A DNA stretch of 62,862 bases, filler included, from Vannella sp. (taxonomy: Eukaryota): assembly GCA_023345925.1 (NCBI GenBank). It is 7 parts of 7 records of this genome, joined end to end, with 100 filler letters (N's around TTAATTAATTAA, not from the genome) between each part and the next. Parts side by side here need not be neighbours in the genome. Positions count along the whole stretch, not along the records: positions 11,285 to 21,201 come from JAJQQN010001004.1; positions 21,302 to 36,122 come from JAJQQN010000442.1; 5 more parts are not named here. One strand, 5' to 3'. The notes under the pieces are model-generated. The model searched no databases, was not told the DNA's origin, and saw only the letters and a list, made by a program, of their open reading frames with translations. Each line of letters opens with the position of its first letter. Positions within the stretch are counted from its first letter, which is position 1. Positions 11,285 to 23,844 of the stretch are shown piece after piece. The position numbers and the translations under genes were made by a program.

Positions 11285-13885
11285 AACGCGCCCGTCCTCC
11301 ACAAAAATGGCACCACCATCGTTTCCAGCACTATTTCGATCAAATGAAGTCCCACTGATGTCTAGACTGGCTCCAAAAGTAACTTGGATAGCTCCTCCTT
11401 CATAGATCACGTTGTTATTACTGAAGGATCCTCCATTCCAAATGACCAGACTTCTCTGGTCTAGGTGCAGTGCGCCACCAGAATTTGCAGTGGAGTTAGA
11501 GACATGATTATCAGTGAAATTAGCAATCCTGAATTGATATCCCAAATTAGGTAAGAAATCTCAGGAGAGGCTGGGTTCTACTGCACGCACCCAAAGACTG
11601 CAAATGTTCCACCTTCTTCAGCTCGAGACTTCGAGAACCAAGATTTTGAAACCACCAGAGATCCTTCTCCATTGTAGATATCCCCGCCATAGCTCGTTGC
11701 ATTATTGCTGTAGAATTCTGAACCATTGACAAAAGTCACACCTTTCGTATTATCCATAGCAATTGCACCTCCGATGAAGGCGTCATTGTCAAAAAAGGTG
11801 GTGTTCCAGATCCGTAAGGCAATGCCCTCCGAATAGATTGCCCCTCCTTTGAAAGCCCTACAACGACTTTGCTTCGGTTACTCATGGGAATTGGGTAATC
11901 AGGAAAGAGAAGCTTACACAAATTCGCAGGAGTCGATTAAGACATGTGAATTGGGCAGGATATGAATTGCACCCCCTTTTTCACATTTACAATTGTCGAA
12001 AGAACAGTTCGTCAGATTGGCAGGGTGAAAAAGAGTCTCGTCTGAGGACTGGAGCACGCCGCCAGAGTTATCAATTTGGACAGCAGATTCAGTGATATCA
12101 ACGAAAGTGCAATCTTCCATTGTTACGAAGCCTTCGACCGAGGAAAAAGCTCCAGATCCCAAATTGCTAAAATTCACTCTTTTGAGGGTACAATTGACTC
12201 CCTCAGCTACCACAACTGCTTGACATTCCTCTTCAAAAGGTAAGTCGCCATTCTGCTGGTTGCAAGAGAGTCGCCCAGAGAAAGTAGAATCCATGATCCT
12301 TAGTTCAGACTCCGCCCAACTCAAAGCTGCAATACTGAAAACTGGATCTTTCCCCGAAAAGTTCAAGAACTGTTGAAATTGTCAGAACGCCTCACCAAAA
12401 CGGAGCAATAAGTAGTACCTGGCACTGAGTGACAACAACTTCCACATCCACAAACTGGCCCGAAAAGTCATTGTTTTTGCCAACTACGGGCCCCATATTG
12501 TTCCTTAACTCGATTAGCACCATTAACTCCATAAACGGGCTTAATAGACTCACCTGAATACACTTGACCTCAAAGTAAGAATTCTTGCCTCGGTAATGGT
12601 GCCACTGTTGTTAGTAACGATCCAACTATCAATTTCCAATTCGGTAGAAAGGAAAAAGGGTGAATGAGGCTTGTTGATGTTGTCACTCAGCGTGACGTTG
12701 GATGATGTGATTTTACTCGATTTTGAAAAATCAATGGGAATAGAAAGGCCCAATATTGAACAGGTGCTATCGATTTGGAGATACTTGTTGTTCACAAAAG
12801 AGCAGTTGTGAATCTTTCCAGTGCAGCCAGTCAATGCGGAAGAACCGAAAATATTTGCATCGGTAAGCGTGTCGTTGAAAGTGTTTCTTTCAATCCTGCT
12901 GTTAACAATGTCAAATCCATCAGCAAAGAAAATTCTCATTGCTTTTGACAGATGTTAGAGAGAGATGGCAAGAAGGGGGATCAACATACCGATATTATCA
13001 ATAAATGATAAGCCAGACACAGAAATCGATGGGGGGGATGCGCGCACGTCTACGCCAATAATGGAACTACCATCATCACCACCATTGTTGTTCAAAACAG
13101 ATACATCTTCCAAGTGGATTGTTAAGTTCCCGATAGCTCTCTCCTTTGGGTGAAAGTTGAAGTCGAAATCGAAGTCGAAATCGAAATCGTAATCTTGGAG
13201 GCGTGAGATCATTACAAAGCTGCCTTGCGTCCATTGGACGTCCTCAACAATGCAATCCTTGATAATCAGGAAACTAACAAACTTGAGTTGAATCACATCA
13301 GCCTGAAATTCATTCATGCCTCCAAAGATCTCCAGTTGTGACACAGACACGTTAGCGCATTGACTGAAGTTGAATACGGGCTTCATAGTGGTGGACTGCA
13401 AGAAAACACTCCGAATCTCGACTTTCTCTGTTCCTCGTAAGAACTAAGTTGAGAGCTTCAGAAGGAGTCACCAACCGTATCCAGAAAAGTTCATGGCACT
13501 TAGAGTGAGGTTGAATCCAACTATCTCCGCACTTCCACCGTACGACTCGAAAGCCCAATCAGCTATGGTTGGCTCGCTGATGTTGGTGGAGCTGTGCAGT
13601 GGTTAGGGGGAGCTCAAGACGTCACTTCAGTGCGCACCTCAATGAGAAAGAACAGTTAGAGTTGATAGTATCAGGGCCGTACTGCCCTGGCTCCACCATT
13701 ATCTCTCGAAGTTCCCCGTCAGAGCAGACCATCGCAGCAGAGATGGAGCAGCAGGGATTGGACTTGCATTCCCCACAAGCCTCACCCGTGTTGTTACAAT
13801 TGCTCGTTGACACGTAAACAGGCGATCCAGCTTGGACCAGTCCGCAGACCCACACAACAAGCGCGAACCGCACCAGAAGCAGCAT
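11285..13885 (-). CDS. secreted right-handed beta-helix protein with GGAI/FxxN (polymorphic membrane protein-like) repeats, multi-exon, 3' truncated
   Basis: Signal peptide MLLLVRFALVVWVCGLVQA, then VYVS..C..C..PC.SI..A, and repeated FxxN..GGAI motifs (KGGAIH, SGGALH, EGGAIQ, DGGAIF). Confidence 0.8.
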
Positions 13886-14005
13886 CAACGGATGGGAAGC
13901 AAAGGTGTGACCCTTTATGAAACGTTCATTTGATTTGAAGAATTAATGGCAAACTTCTCCTTTTTATATGACCCAACAATTTCCTGGAGACTAGAAAAAA
14001 GGCAA

Positions 14006-14027
14006 CTAAACCCTAAACCCTAACCCT
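14006..14027 (+). repeat. short telomere-like (telo-box) tract CTAAACCCTAAACCCTAACCCT
   Basis: Three tandem CCCTAA(A)-type units between the talin stop and the next gene start. Confidence 0.6.
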
Positions 14028-14090
14028 CCGGTTTCTGATGGATGACGAGAAGAAATGGGTTTACAATGTAATTTGAGAAATGGAAAGGCC

Positions 14091-17000
14091 TTATGATTGA
14101 TAGTCCTTCTTCCTCTTCTGGAAGAGAGTTTGGCGAGCACGGTCCAGCTCCAACTCGAGCTTGGCGATGCGAGCCTGTTCTTCGAGCTCCTTCGCTCGGA
14201 GGCCAGCAAAGGAGGCGCTGTTGGATCCAGCAGAAGCTTGTTTCTTCTTGAGCTCCTCCTCCACTTTGCGCTCGGTAGCAGCCTTGGTGGCAGCAGCTAA
14301 GAGCTGAGTAGCTTCAGCCACCTGCTTAGCGCAGGCTCCCAAAGATTTGTGGGATTCACTGAATGGATCAGCCTTTGCCTTAGCAGCTGACACGAGACGA
14401 GCAGTGGCACCTCCGACTCCACGGACACATGCAACAAGCATTTCCTCGCCGCACTCACCCTTGACGGACTGGTTGGCGAAGTTGACAAGATCCTCGGTGG
14501 TCCCTGCGACGGCACGAGCAGCGGAAATAAGACCTTCCTCCCATGCAGGATCTTTCTTGTACTTGCTTCCCATCTTCTTGCTGGACTGGCGGCCCTGAGC
14601 CACGATCTCGTTCTGGACAAAGGTTGCGGTAACGACCAGCTTCTGAGTAGCGGTGGCAACACACTTGGTGGCCTCCACGATTTGACCAGCGATCTCTCCA
14701 AGGTCGATACCACCCTCGACGGGTCCCCACTGAGAGGGATCGAGCAGGCGGTTCTTGGCAGCCTCAATGGCATTGATGGCAGCTTGAAGTTCAGATTCAG
14801 CAACGTTCTCGCCATCGTCATCCTCCCAAGAGAACTCCTTGCCTCCAGGAAGGTGTTTGATGACAGCTACGAGCTCGTTCAATGAACCAGTACATTGCTC
14901 AGACGCGTCAGAGAATTGCTTGTAGAAGGATGGGTCATCGATACGTTGCAGCTTACCAGACTCGAAGAGTGCAATAACCGACTGAGCCGAACTGAGCAAG
15001 TTCTTGTCGAGGTTCGTGTGAAGCTGAGAGTCATCTGTGGTGGCTCTGGCTCCTTTGGAACGCTGAACCATACGAATTGTGTTGGCACTGACATCCTTGA
15101 TGGCTTGGACAAAGTCCTCTTGGGCAGAACCATAGGTTGACAGAAGCTGACCGTTTCCACTGACAACACCCTTGGCACTCTCGAAGATGTCGCTTGGGGT
15201 CGCTCCAGCCTCTCCATTGGCAGCATCTTCCTCGTACAACTTGATGGAGGTTCGAATGTCGCGAATGGCCTTCTGAAGCTCGCGGATAGTAACGATAAGG
15301 TCAGCAGACGCAGTATCGGAGATGTCAGTAAGTTGCTCACTGGCCATCTTGACACCTTCAAGGGCACTCTCGAGTGCCTTTTGGGCGTTATTGTCCAATG
15401 GATTGGCTTGAGCGTCCTTTCCTGCAAGAACCATTTGCTGGGCAGCAATAGTGACAGCACGTGCACCAGTCAGAACTGATTGCTGAGACATAAGATCGGG
15501 CAAGAGCGAAGCTGTTTCCTTAGACAACCTGGCCATGTCATCAATAATGGCAGAAGCAGACTTTGCAGCGGCAGCAAACTGTTCTTGGTAGCCCTTGGCT
15601 GCATCAGCAAGGTTGGAAGAGTTCTTGATGAGATTGGCGAGGTTGGTCTTCAAGTCAGTAACAGAGATCTCAACATTGCGTCCCTCAGCAACTTCAGCAG
15701 AGAACTGTCCAGAGGCGGCGAAGAGAGCAGCAGAGTCCAGGTCTCCCTTAACCTTGCTGATATTGTCAGCTGCCAACTCAATGTCACGTTCAGCAGTGGC
15801 TCCAAGTTTGACTCCGGCAAGCAGATCAGACACGGCGTCAGTAACCTGATTGAGACCGACTGAGATCTGGTTCTGGGCCTTGATGTCACCCTGGTTCTCA
15901 GCTAACTTCTTGGCGTTTTGGATCATCCCACTTGCACCCTTTGCCACATTGGTGACGGAGGTGAGAAGGTGCTGTTGAACCGCAGGTAAGGTGGTCACAA
16001 CAGCAGCAGTGCGAGTGGCATTGATGAGCTGTTCGACCAACTGAGCCAACTCCTGAGAAGCCACTCCGATTTGATCAGGGTTCTTCGAGGCAGTCGTTGC
16101 CAAGTTGGAAAGTCCATTGGCCAAAGAGCGTGTTTGTCCCTTGATGTCCTTTTGACAGTCCTGGTATGTGGTTGTCGCACCTCGGGTAGCAGGGGTTTTG
16201 AGAGTGAGGACTGCGTTCTGCAGGTATTGAATAGCATCGTCGCATTCCTTGAGGACAATCATGCCGCCTTGAAGCTCTCCTCCTAAGGCAGTGATCGCAT
16301 CCTTCACGTTCTGAGAAGACTCCGTCAGGCTATTCACAAGATCGTTATCAGCAGGGTTGACGTTCGCTTTCTTGGCAGCCTGGACAAGCTTCATAGTAGC
16401 GTTCACTACGTCCTTGGCCTTGTTAACCTGGCTGGCCTGAACCTTAGGGTCCTGTGCTGAATAGATAACATCCATACAGTTCTTTCCAACAGATTGTACA
16501 ACACTGGAGATATTTGCCAGAGAGGCACCAACCTTCTCAGGTGTGTCCACAGTGTACTTGACAACGTTCTGGGTCTCAGTTGCCAGATCTCTAAGAATGC
16601 CCACAAGAGTGACGTGAAGATCTTGGATGGAAGCTCCGGTTTTCTTGTCAGAGAGATCAACACCAGCTGCAATGGAGATACCAAGCTGGTCAAGGGAGCC
16701 AGCAGTTCCTTGGAGAGCGCGGAGGGCATCAGTAGACTCTTGAGCACCAGGAGCAAGAGTGGAAGAGATGTCCTGAAGGACAGTGATGGAGTCTTGGAGG
16801 CCACGAATGGCGGAAGACATGTCTGAATCTGCATTGAAATCGGAAGGATCATCTGCTACCGTTGAGGCAGCACTAATCAATTGAGATGTGGCCGTGGATA
16901 CAGAGCGAGTGGCATTGAAGAGGGCATTGGTTGTCTCGAGGGAAACAGGTTGCTTTTCCTTGTCAAGAGAGAGGTCACGGAACTGTTGAGCGGTTGTGGA

Positions 17001-20000
17001 GAGCTCTCTGGCTGCGGCAGCTACCATGTTTTGCGCATCGGGCTGGTTCATGGCGAGAGCTTTAGTCGCGTTACCAAGCTGAGCAGTGGAGCGGCCAATA
17101 GTCTGAGCAGCCAAAGTTACTTTAGCTCTTCGGTCAGCATCACCGCGAACCTCCTTCGCAGCAGAGATAGCCTCCTTTGTCAGGTTGGCAATGGCTTTCG
17201 TGGCGTTAATGACCTTCATGCGGTCACCAGAGTAGCCCTGAAGTTCTGCAGAGATGATGGTCAGTTTGGATCCAACAACACTGCAAGGGTTCTCCTGGGG
17301 GTTGACAATGAGGCGAGAAGCATTAACCATGTCTCTGATGGCGGCAGCAGCGTCTTTGGAAGAAGTTCCAATCTCGGCTGACTGTGAACGAGCTCCCTCC
17401 ATGATACCGGTTGAGCTTCCAGCAAGTTGCTTGATGGCTTGGTAGAGCTCCCACAAGGGCATGGAACCAATAATAAGTGGTTCATCAGAGTCAAGCGATC
17501 CAACAGAGTTCGAAATGCTGTCTAGGGCATCCGTCATATCAGCCTGGCCTGGTTTAACGATGTTGACGAGAGTCTTCAAGTCGTTGTTGAGGTCGAGGTT
17601 GGCCTTGCGCAGTTCAGCACTGCTCGGGTTATCATCAGCAGCAGCCGCTGTGGCCTGATTGATGAGATCAACCATCGCGTTGGTAACTTGACGAGCAGCC
17701 TCAAGTACGGACATAGCAGTAGACCGATCAGTGAACAGAGCAGCAGCGCAGTTGGCAGCATCAATGAATGGAGGAGTTGTCTGAGCAGCAAGGGTAGCCG
17801 CTGTTCCAAGACCCTTGGGATTGGTCATTGCAGCAGACACAATCTGACTGGCCGTGGCACTGTAAGTCGTGACAGATTTGCGGAGAGTGGCGATGCCATC
17901 CGCAAAGTTAGTGGCCTTTCCGATGGAGAAAGTGTTAACTGATTGCGAAATCAAGTCAACAGCCTGGACAATCTGGCCTGAGTTGATGCCTCGGGCGGCA
18001 TTCATCAAGTTGATTGAAGATTGCTTCGCCTCTCGCTTCGAGTCCTTCATGGGCTCTGCCAGTTCAAGGTTATCAGGATCCATTACTGAGTTCTTTGTGT
18101 TGGCAAAGAAGTCCCGAGACTTGGCCGTCAGTTCGACAGCTGCTTGGATGATGATCTTTTGGGCATCCTTGCCTCTGGTGAGTGCAGCAATGGTCTTAGA
18201 TGCTTGAACAACTTGATTGACCTGGTCTGTGCAAGCGGTTGCGGTTTCGCCGACCTTACCAGGCTCGGAAGACGCAACCTTGGCCAGTTCTTCGAATCTC
18301 TCGCAAAGAGTCTTGACAGACACTCCAAGAACGTTGAGCGCTTGGTTGCGGTTCTGTCCAGGAGGAGCAGAGAGGAAGCCTCCGTCAATTGCGATCATCT
18401 GGGCTTCAAGATCAGCCGTCATGTTCTCGAACTCTTCCAGTGCTTCCTTGATCTCTCTTCCTCCGCCAATCTCCTCTACACTATTGATGGCTTGGAGGAG
18501 GCCTTGGAGTACTCCAGCGACGTCATTACAAGCGTCCGTAAGATCCTTGCGCTCCTCTCCATCGTCGATCTTTCGCAAAGCTTGCTTGCTGACCGCAACG
18601 AGTTGAGAAGTAGGGTGAGCAGCATTCTTGGTGGCTCCAAGGAGAAGCAACTGAGCCTCCCCATCCTTGGGGTTCTGTGAAAGCTGAGCAATAGAACGAA
18701 TCAACTCGATCACACTGCTCTTCGCAATGACACCGGAGCTATGAAGGCCAGCACCAAGCTTCTCATCAGAAACGTGAACACGATCAGATGTCGTAATGAG
18801 CCCGGTAGTTGCACTGGCAACAAGCACAGCTTGCTTTCGGAGGGCAGCAAAGGCGAGATCCTTTGCCAATTGGTTCTTAATCTCTCCGACGTGGCCCATG
18901 AGTCCACGAGTTCCTTGTGCGAGGGCAGTGCGGCTTGCCTTGTCATCAGGGTTTTGAGCAGCTCCCTTAGCGGATACGAAGAGGGAACGGGTGGACTCTG
19001 CCATGAGCTTGAGAGAGGGAATGACCGTTGCCTGAAGACGTGGGTTTGCCTCGAGAATAGGTTTGGCGTTGTTCACAATGATGGAGGAAGCCTTTGCCAG
19101 CTCCTTGTAACTGACGATGATCTGCTGTGGCTCTGTTGTAGGAGCCATGAGGATGGGGCCGTGGACGTTGATGTCAAGAGTGGCGCTGTAGAGAGCATCG
19201 ACAGGATCACCTCCAGGGATTGTCTTTGCGGACAAGAGTAGTTGGCGAATAGCCTCGCTGACACTCTTAGCTCCAGTCGACAGAAGCTCAGTGTGGGTGA
19301 CGTCAATACCAGCCTCCTGGAAAGCGAGGAGCAGACCAGCGAAGGACTTGTTCAGAGTCTGCGCAAGAGAAGCAATCTGTGCGTAGCACTCAGGGTCATT
19401 GATGGCGGGGCCCAAAGTCCTGGCAGAGTAAAGAAGGCCGTCAGCCAGAGTGCGGGCATACATGGAGGCGGCATTGAGCTTTGGATTGCCATCAGAGAAC
19501 TCGAAGCACTGAGCAATAAGCTGTTCACACGCAGAAGCCAACGCTGTCGCAGAAGAAGTGACCAAGTTCTGATAGTCACCAGGGATCAGAATACCCGCTT
19601 GAGCAGCTCTCAGGTACATTTGAGCAGCCTTCAGCTGGCTCTGGGCAATCTTCATGGCCATTTGAGCCTGCTTGTCATCAGGGTTCTCCTGAAGGTTCTT
19701 GGCACATTGAAGAATGCGATTGATGGCCTCTGAGACTGCCAAAGCACCAGGAATCAGCGAAATGTCTTGGTCAGCACTGCTAGCCAAGTTCCTGGCGTTG
19801 CGAATGAGGTCTCCAATGTCAAAGCTGAGCTCTTCAGCCAAACCATCGATGTTGGCGTTGCCAGAAGACAAAGCAGACACGAACTGAGCTGCCTTGAGAA
19901 GGACACCTTGAGAACGAACAGAGAACTCCTCACGACACACTTGAGGGTCAAAGCCTTCAGGAACGATGGCAGAGACAGTGAGGTCTTGGATGAATGAGTC

Positions 20001-21201
20001 GATGTTGAGGAGAGCACGTCCGATCTTGGGCTCTTCGTATTGGAAGGACTGGGCCATCTGTTGTGGTTGTGCGATACCAGGCATGCGCATGCCAGGGTTA
20101 ATCATTGATTCGTTAATGCCACGAGGGTCGACAACGTCAACCAAGACTGGAGCGGTTGTGTACTCGGTTCCCATAGCCTTGATAGGAGCCACTGAAACCT
20201 CCTCAGCTGTCTTGGAGTCGTCATCTTGAGCCAAACGAGGGGCATTACGAGTTCGCTTCAGGATGATGTCGATGTAACCTGCAATGAGTTGGGAGATCGC
20301 CTCACCCTCGAGAGTTTGCACAGTCAAGTAATCGTCTTCGTACTCTCCAAAGTCGAGGGTGAAAGTGCGGTTTCCGGGAGCCCAACGGCGAAGATGAGTG
20401 ATGGGGAAGGTGCGCTTGATCTCCTTTGTCTCCGCGTCCATCACCACAATCGACTCACGAGTAACACCGATAATCATCGCGAAGAACTTTGGCTTCTTCT
20501 TTGGTCCACGGTCGACCTTCTGGTGGACAATGTACGTAGTAATACCGTACGTACGAAGAGAGCGACAAAGTTGGATGTAGCGGTATTTGGCGTTCTCACT
20601 CTCCATGTTCGCAAGTCTACGATACTCCTTGATGATGTTGACGACGATACGCTTCTCTTTCTGCCATTGTGGAGAGAGGACGTTGTTGATGGGGAGCTTC
20701 TCTGGCTTGTGCTTTTCAGGGTTGAAGGTACCTTGCTCAATCTGGAACTGAATAGCTGCAAGCTGTACAGCTTCTTGCTTTTGTGTGGGGTGGGTTCCTT
20801 CAAGGATAGCGTCTCGACACTGGACGTACAGTAAGTGGAGCTGGACAGGGTCACTGCGGTCGACATTAGCGTCATTAAAGAAGAACTTCTTCTTCAGCAC
20901 CAGAATCATGTCCTCAGTAACGCGGTTCTCATGGAGGGACTGGGTGGGGGTCAGCCACTCATGTTCGCTACTTCCTTCGACCTTGAGAGAGAACTCCTCA
21001 GGGTAGCCGATACCCATCTTATTACCGATGATTTCGGCAATTTCTTGGACTGTGAGACTCTCGTCCACGCTGATGGTCTTGATGGTGCCGTCGATGAGGC
21101 GAACCTTGAGCGGTCGGTGCTTCTTCTTGTAGTGAATTTCGTCTCCTGTGTTAAGGTCATAGTACAATAGAGTTCGGTCCATTCGAAGCCAACGTCCGAC
21201 G
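14091..21201 (-). CDS. TLN: talin, 5' truncated at the contig end
   Basis: FERM head (RPLKVRLIDGTIKT, DPVQLHLLYVQ, LRTYGIT, LDFGEY..EGEAISQLIAGYIDIILK), Ala-rich helical rod, and C-terminal I/LWEQ (WEEGLISAARAVA..LVSAAKAKADP). Confidence 0.97.
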
Positions 21202-21301
21202 NNNNNNNNNNNNNNNNNNNNNNNNNNNNNNNNNNNNNNNNNNNNTTAATTAATTAANNNNNNNNNNNNNNNNNNNNNNNNNNNNNNNNNNNNNNNNNNN
21301 N
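21202..21301. other. artificial contig spacer
   Basis: N44-TTAATTAATTAA-N44. Confidence 0.99.
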
Positions 21302-21529
21302 CGTGTGAATGGGCCGGTTCACTTCCATCAAAGAACTTGCCCTTGTAGCAAGCAAGAGGTTCATGGCGCTCATGGAACGATAGAATGGTACAGAAACATC
21401 TGGTAGCTTCCAACGTAGCTACGGTGAGAACTCACGGAGAAGTCGCCTTTCAGGGAAAAGAACCGATTTGATTGGGTGCGATTTAGTGTTCTCACACTTT
21501 CCCTTCCTCTGAGGTAATCAATGGCGGGT

Positions 21530-22078
21530 TTAATCGTTCTTTGACCTCAATGCAGGTTTCCTTTGGACGTGGATGGCCAGGGATAGAAGTGCTGAGAGTA
21601 GCACCACCGTAAACACCAGCAGAATCCCGCATTGCTTCGTTTGGGAAAGCCTGGAGGCTAGTGGGAGCCAAAAAACCGAATCCCCACGAATAGGGTGGGA
21701 GAGGAGTATACCCAAGAGTGCAGAGTTCTCAAGAAAGTCGAGGAAAGCCACAACAAACGGAACCAAATCCAGCCAGCGAAGCCCATTGGAGGGAGATACG
21801 GCCTGGCCTAGCAAGAGAGTGATGACATCACAAAGGAGCATAGAGTAGAAGAAACAAAAGACGCAATCAAGGACCTGGAAGGCCGCATACCAGCGCACCA
21901 ACTCCATGTCCACTTGTCTGATCATGCGGAGCCATCTCTCCTCCGTAAAGGACTGCAAAGGGAACTCTGGGATCCCGTATCCCAACCAACTATGCCGACT
22001 GATGTAACGGTCGAGACCCCATTCTCCCCCCAAGAGAAGAACGCTCCCCAGCAAGAGCCAACCGAGCCTGCTCATCAT
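21530..22078 (-). CDS. uncharacterised 4-TM membrane protein, intronless
   Basis: Hydrophobic helices with the pattern R.Y....LD..F...Y ... P.....D.LEN ... AS.....K. Confidence 0.75.
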   Translation of the reverse strand: MMSRLGWLLLGSVLLLGGEWGLDRYISRHSWLGYGIPEFPLQSFTEERWLRMIRQVDMELVRWYAAFQVLDCVFCFFYSMLLCDVITLLLGQAVSPSNGLRWLDLVPFVVAFLDFLENSALLGILLSHPIRGDSVFWLPLASRLSQTKQCGILLVFTVVLLSALLSLAIHVQRKPALRSKND

Positions 22079-22255
22079 CGAGAGGAAAGTGTGAAGAAAT
22101 GAGCTTTCTTGAAGTGAATTGAAAGTCCCAGCGCATTGCTTTGGCAGCCTCAAAGGAAAAGAATGAAAGGCCTTCTATTGAGGCGTCCACAGCCATGGGA
22201 AAGGGCGGGAACTCTTCCTTCTTGCAACGGTGTGGCCCAAACCGTCATTGGCTAC

Positions 22256-22759
22256 ATGGAACTGCTTCTGCGATCTCCTTCCAACATCGTGGCGAAAAGA
22301 AGGAAGCGACAGCGACTGGCCCTCTCAGTGGAAGGGCCAAAGAAGTTCCGCTGCTTGCTCCTGTCTTTGAGGGAGGACGAGGAGAACAGCCCAAACGGCT
22401 CCATTCCCGCTAGCCCGTGCTCGAAACAATACGCACGCAGGCGTAGATTCGCTGTGGAAGTACCGGTGATCTGCGACTACAGTAAACTGCCCGAGGAACT
22501 GAGCCTTCTGATCTTCAGCTTCCTTTCCGTTCCCGACCTTCTCCGTGCTGGATCTTGCTGTCGCTCTTGGCACCGCATTGCCAGTGACTCTGATCTATGG
22601 AGGAGCTTGTGCCAACGCAAATTCAACCTCGCTATCATGTCGGAATCCCGCCTCGGCCGCACCACGTGGATGCAACAATACCAGAGTGCGCGCACTCCCA
22701 CTCCTCGCAAGACCTACCAGAGAAAGAGAAGGCAGAGGGCGCAATACATTGCATTCTAA
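22256..22759 (+). CDS. F-box protein
   Basis: LPEELSLLIFSFLSVPDLLRAGSCCRSWHRIASDSDLWRSLC. The start could be the upstream in-frame ATG at 22163. Confidence 0.9.
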   Translation: MELLLRSPSNIVAKRRKRQRLALSVEGPKKFRCLLLSLREDEENSPNGSIPASPCSKQYARRRRFAVEVPVICDYSKLPEELSLLIFSFLSVPDLLRAGSCCRSWHRIASDSDLWRSLCQRKFNLAIMSESRLGRTTWMQQYQSARTPTPRKTYQRKRRQRAQYIAF

Positions 22760-22812
22760 TTAAGTTACCTCGCAGCGCCCGGCTTTGTACATCAACCAGC
22801 AAGAGCTGTCAC

Positions 22813-23714
22813 CTACAGTTCCAGTCCCACAGAAACCCAATGGTCCCGGAGATTGTTCCGGCGAGCGAAGATCTCGAGATACTTTCCTAGCTCCAGTGTC
22901 AATCAGCAGTATGCCACAAGGTGAGCCCACTCACCGTCAGGGACGAGCTCTTCAATGAGATCGTAAATCTCGGCGGGTTTCTGGGACTGCCCGCGTCGTT
23001 TCGAGACGATCACATCCGAGCTGATGTTGTGAGAGGTGCCAGGAGGGTCCAGGCCTTTCTTCCCAACCAGACAGGTCTCTTTGGCATGCTGCAAGTAGAA
23101 GCCGTGGCCTTTCGCCAGCCGCCCATTCACCGTGGACTTGACCCACGTGATGTCGTCCACCAGGCTGTCCCCCACAGGTGAGTTAGGTTGTAGAGAGGGA
23201 CATGAATGTCCCTACGTGTAGCCCCAGTGCTCCATCATCTCAAGAGCAAAGGAGTATCGAGAATTGATGACCCAGATGAAGAGGAACCCGTTCTTCTGCA
23301 GAGATGGGATGGGCAAGTCTATGATCTCTTTGTTGCGGAGCTGGGAGTACCCAAGAGCAACTCCCCGGGTGGGAGCACGCGAAGCAAGCTGCCAGGGAGG
23401 ATCCATCATGATCACGTCGAACTGGCACCATTTCCCGAGCTTCTGCGCGTTCGGTAGGCTCAGTAACAAGTCGAGAGAGCAAAAAACCAACCCACTTTCC
23501 AAGCAAAGTCACGAACATCACAGCGGATGGGAACGGAGTGCGGAGGCACGCGAAAGTGTTCCACTTCCACGGGCTCTTCGTCAGGAAGGGCCTCCAACGG
23601 GCTATCCCCCGCTAGCAGGCCAATCTGTACCTTCAACAGCCCAATCTGATGCACCAGCATCTCATCGCGCAGGAGCAAAGGAAGAGTGTGCAAGTCGAGG
23701 GCGGAGAGATCCAT
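22813..23714 (-). CDS. AMT1: MT-A70 family DNA N6-adenine methyltransferase, MTA1/AMT1 clade, 4 exons
   Basis: DPPWQL...P.RGVA..Y, WVKSTVNGRLAKGHGFYLQHAKETCL, RRGQSQKP.EIY, KYLEIFARRNNLR..WVS.G.EL. These are signatures of ciliate MTA1 rather than METTL3. Confidence 0.93.
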
Positions 23715-23844
23715 CAGCCAGCCAGCCAATCGAACAGGAAAGAATGAAAATGATGAACTGTGAGCAGCACAAAGCCTCTGGAAGCACCAGATTGGGCTCT
23801 TCCGTGGACATGATGGCGAAGGGGGGGTGGCGAAGGGCGGGCGT

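Noticed and set aside
14097..21170. Many antisense and alternate-frame ORFs over talin (also over SMC1, Timeless and GH31)
   Set aside because: They are shadows of biased codon usage and have no recognisable motifs.
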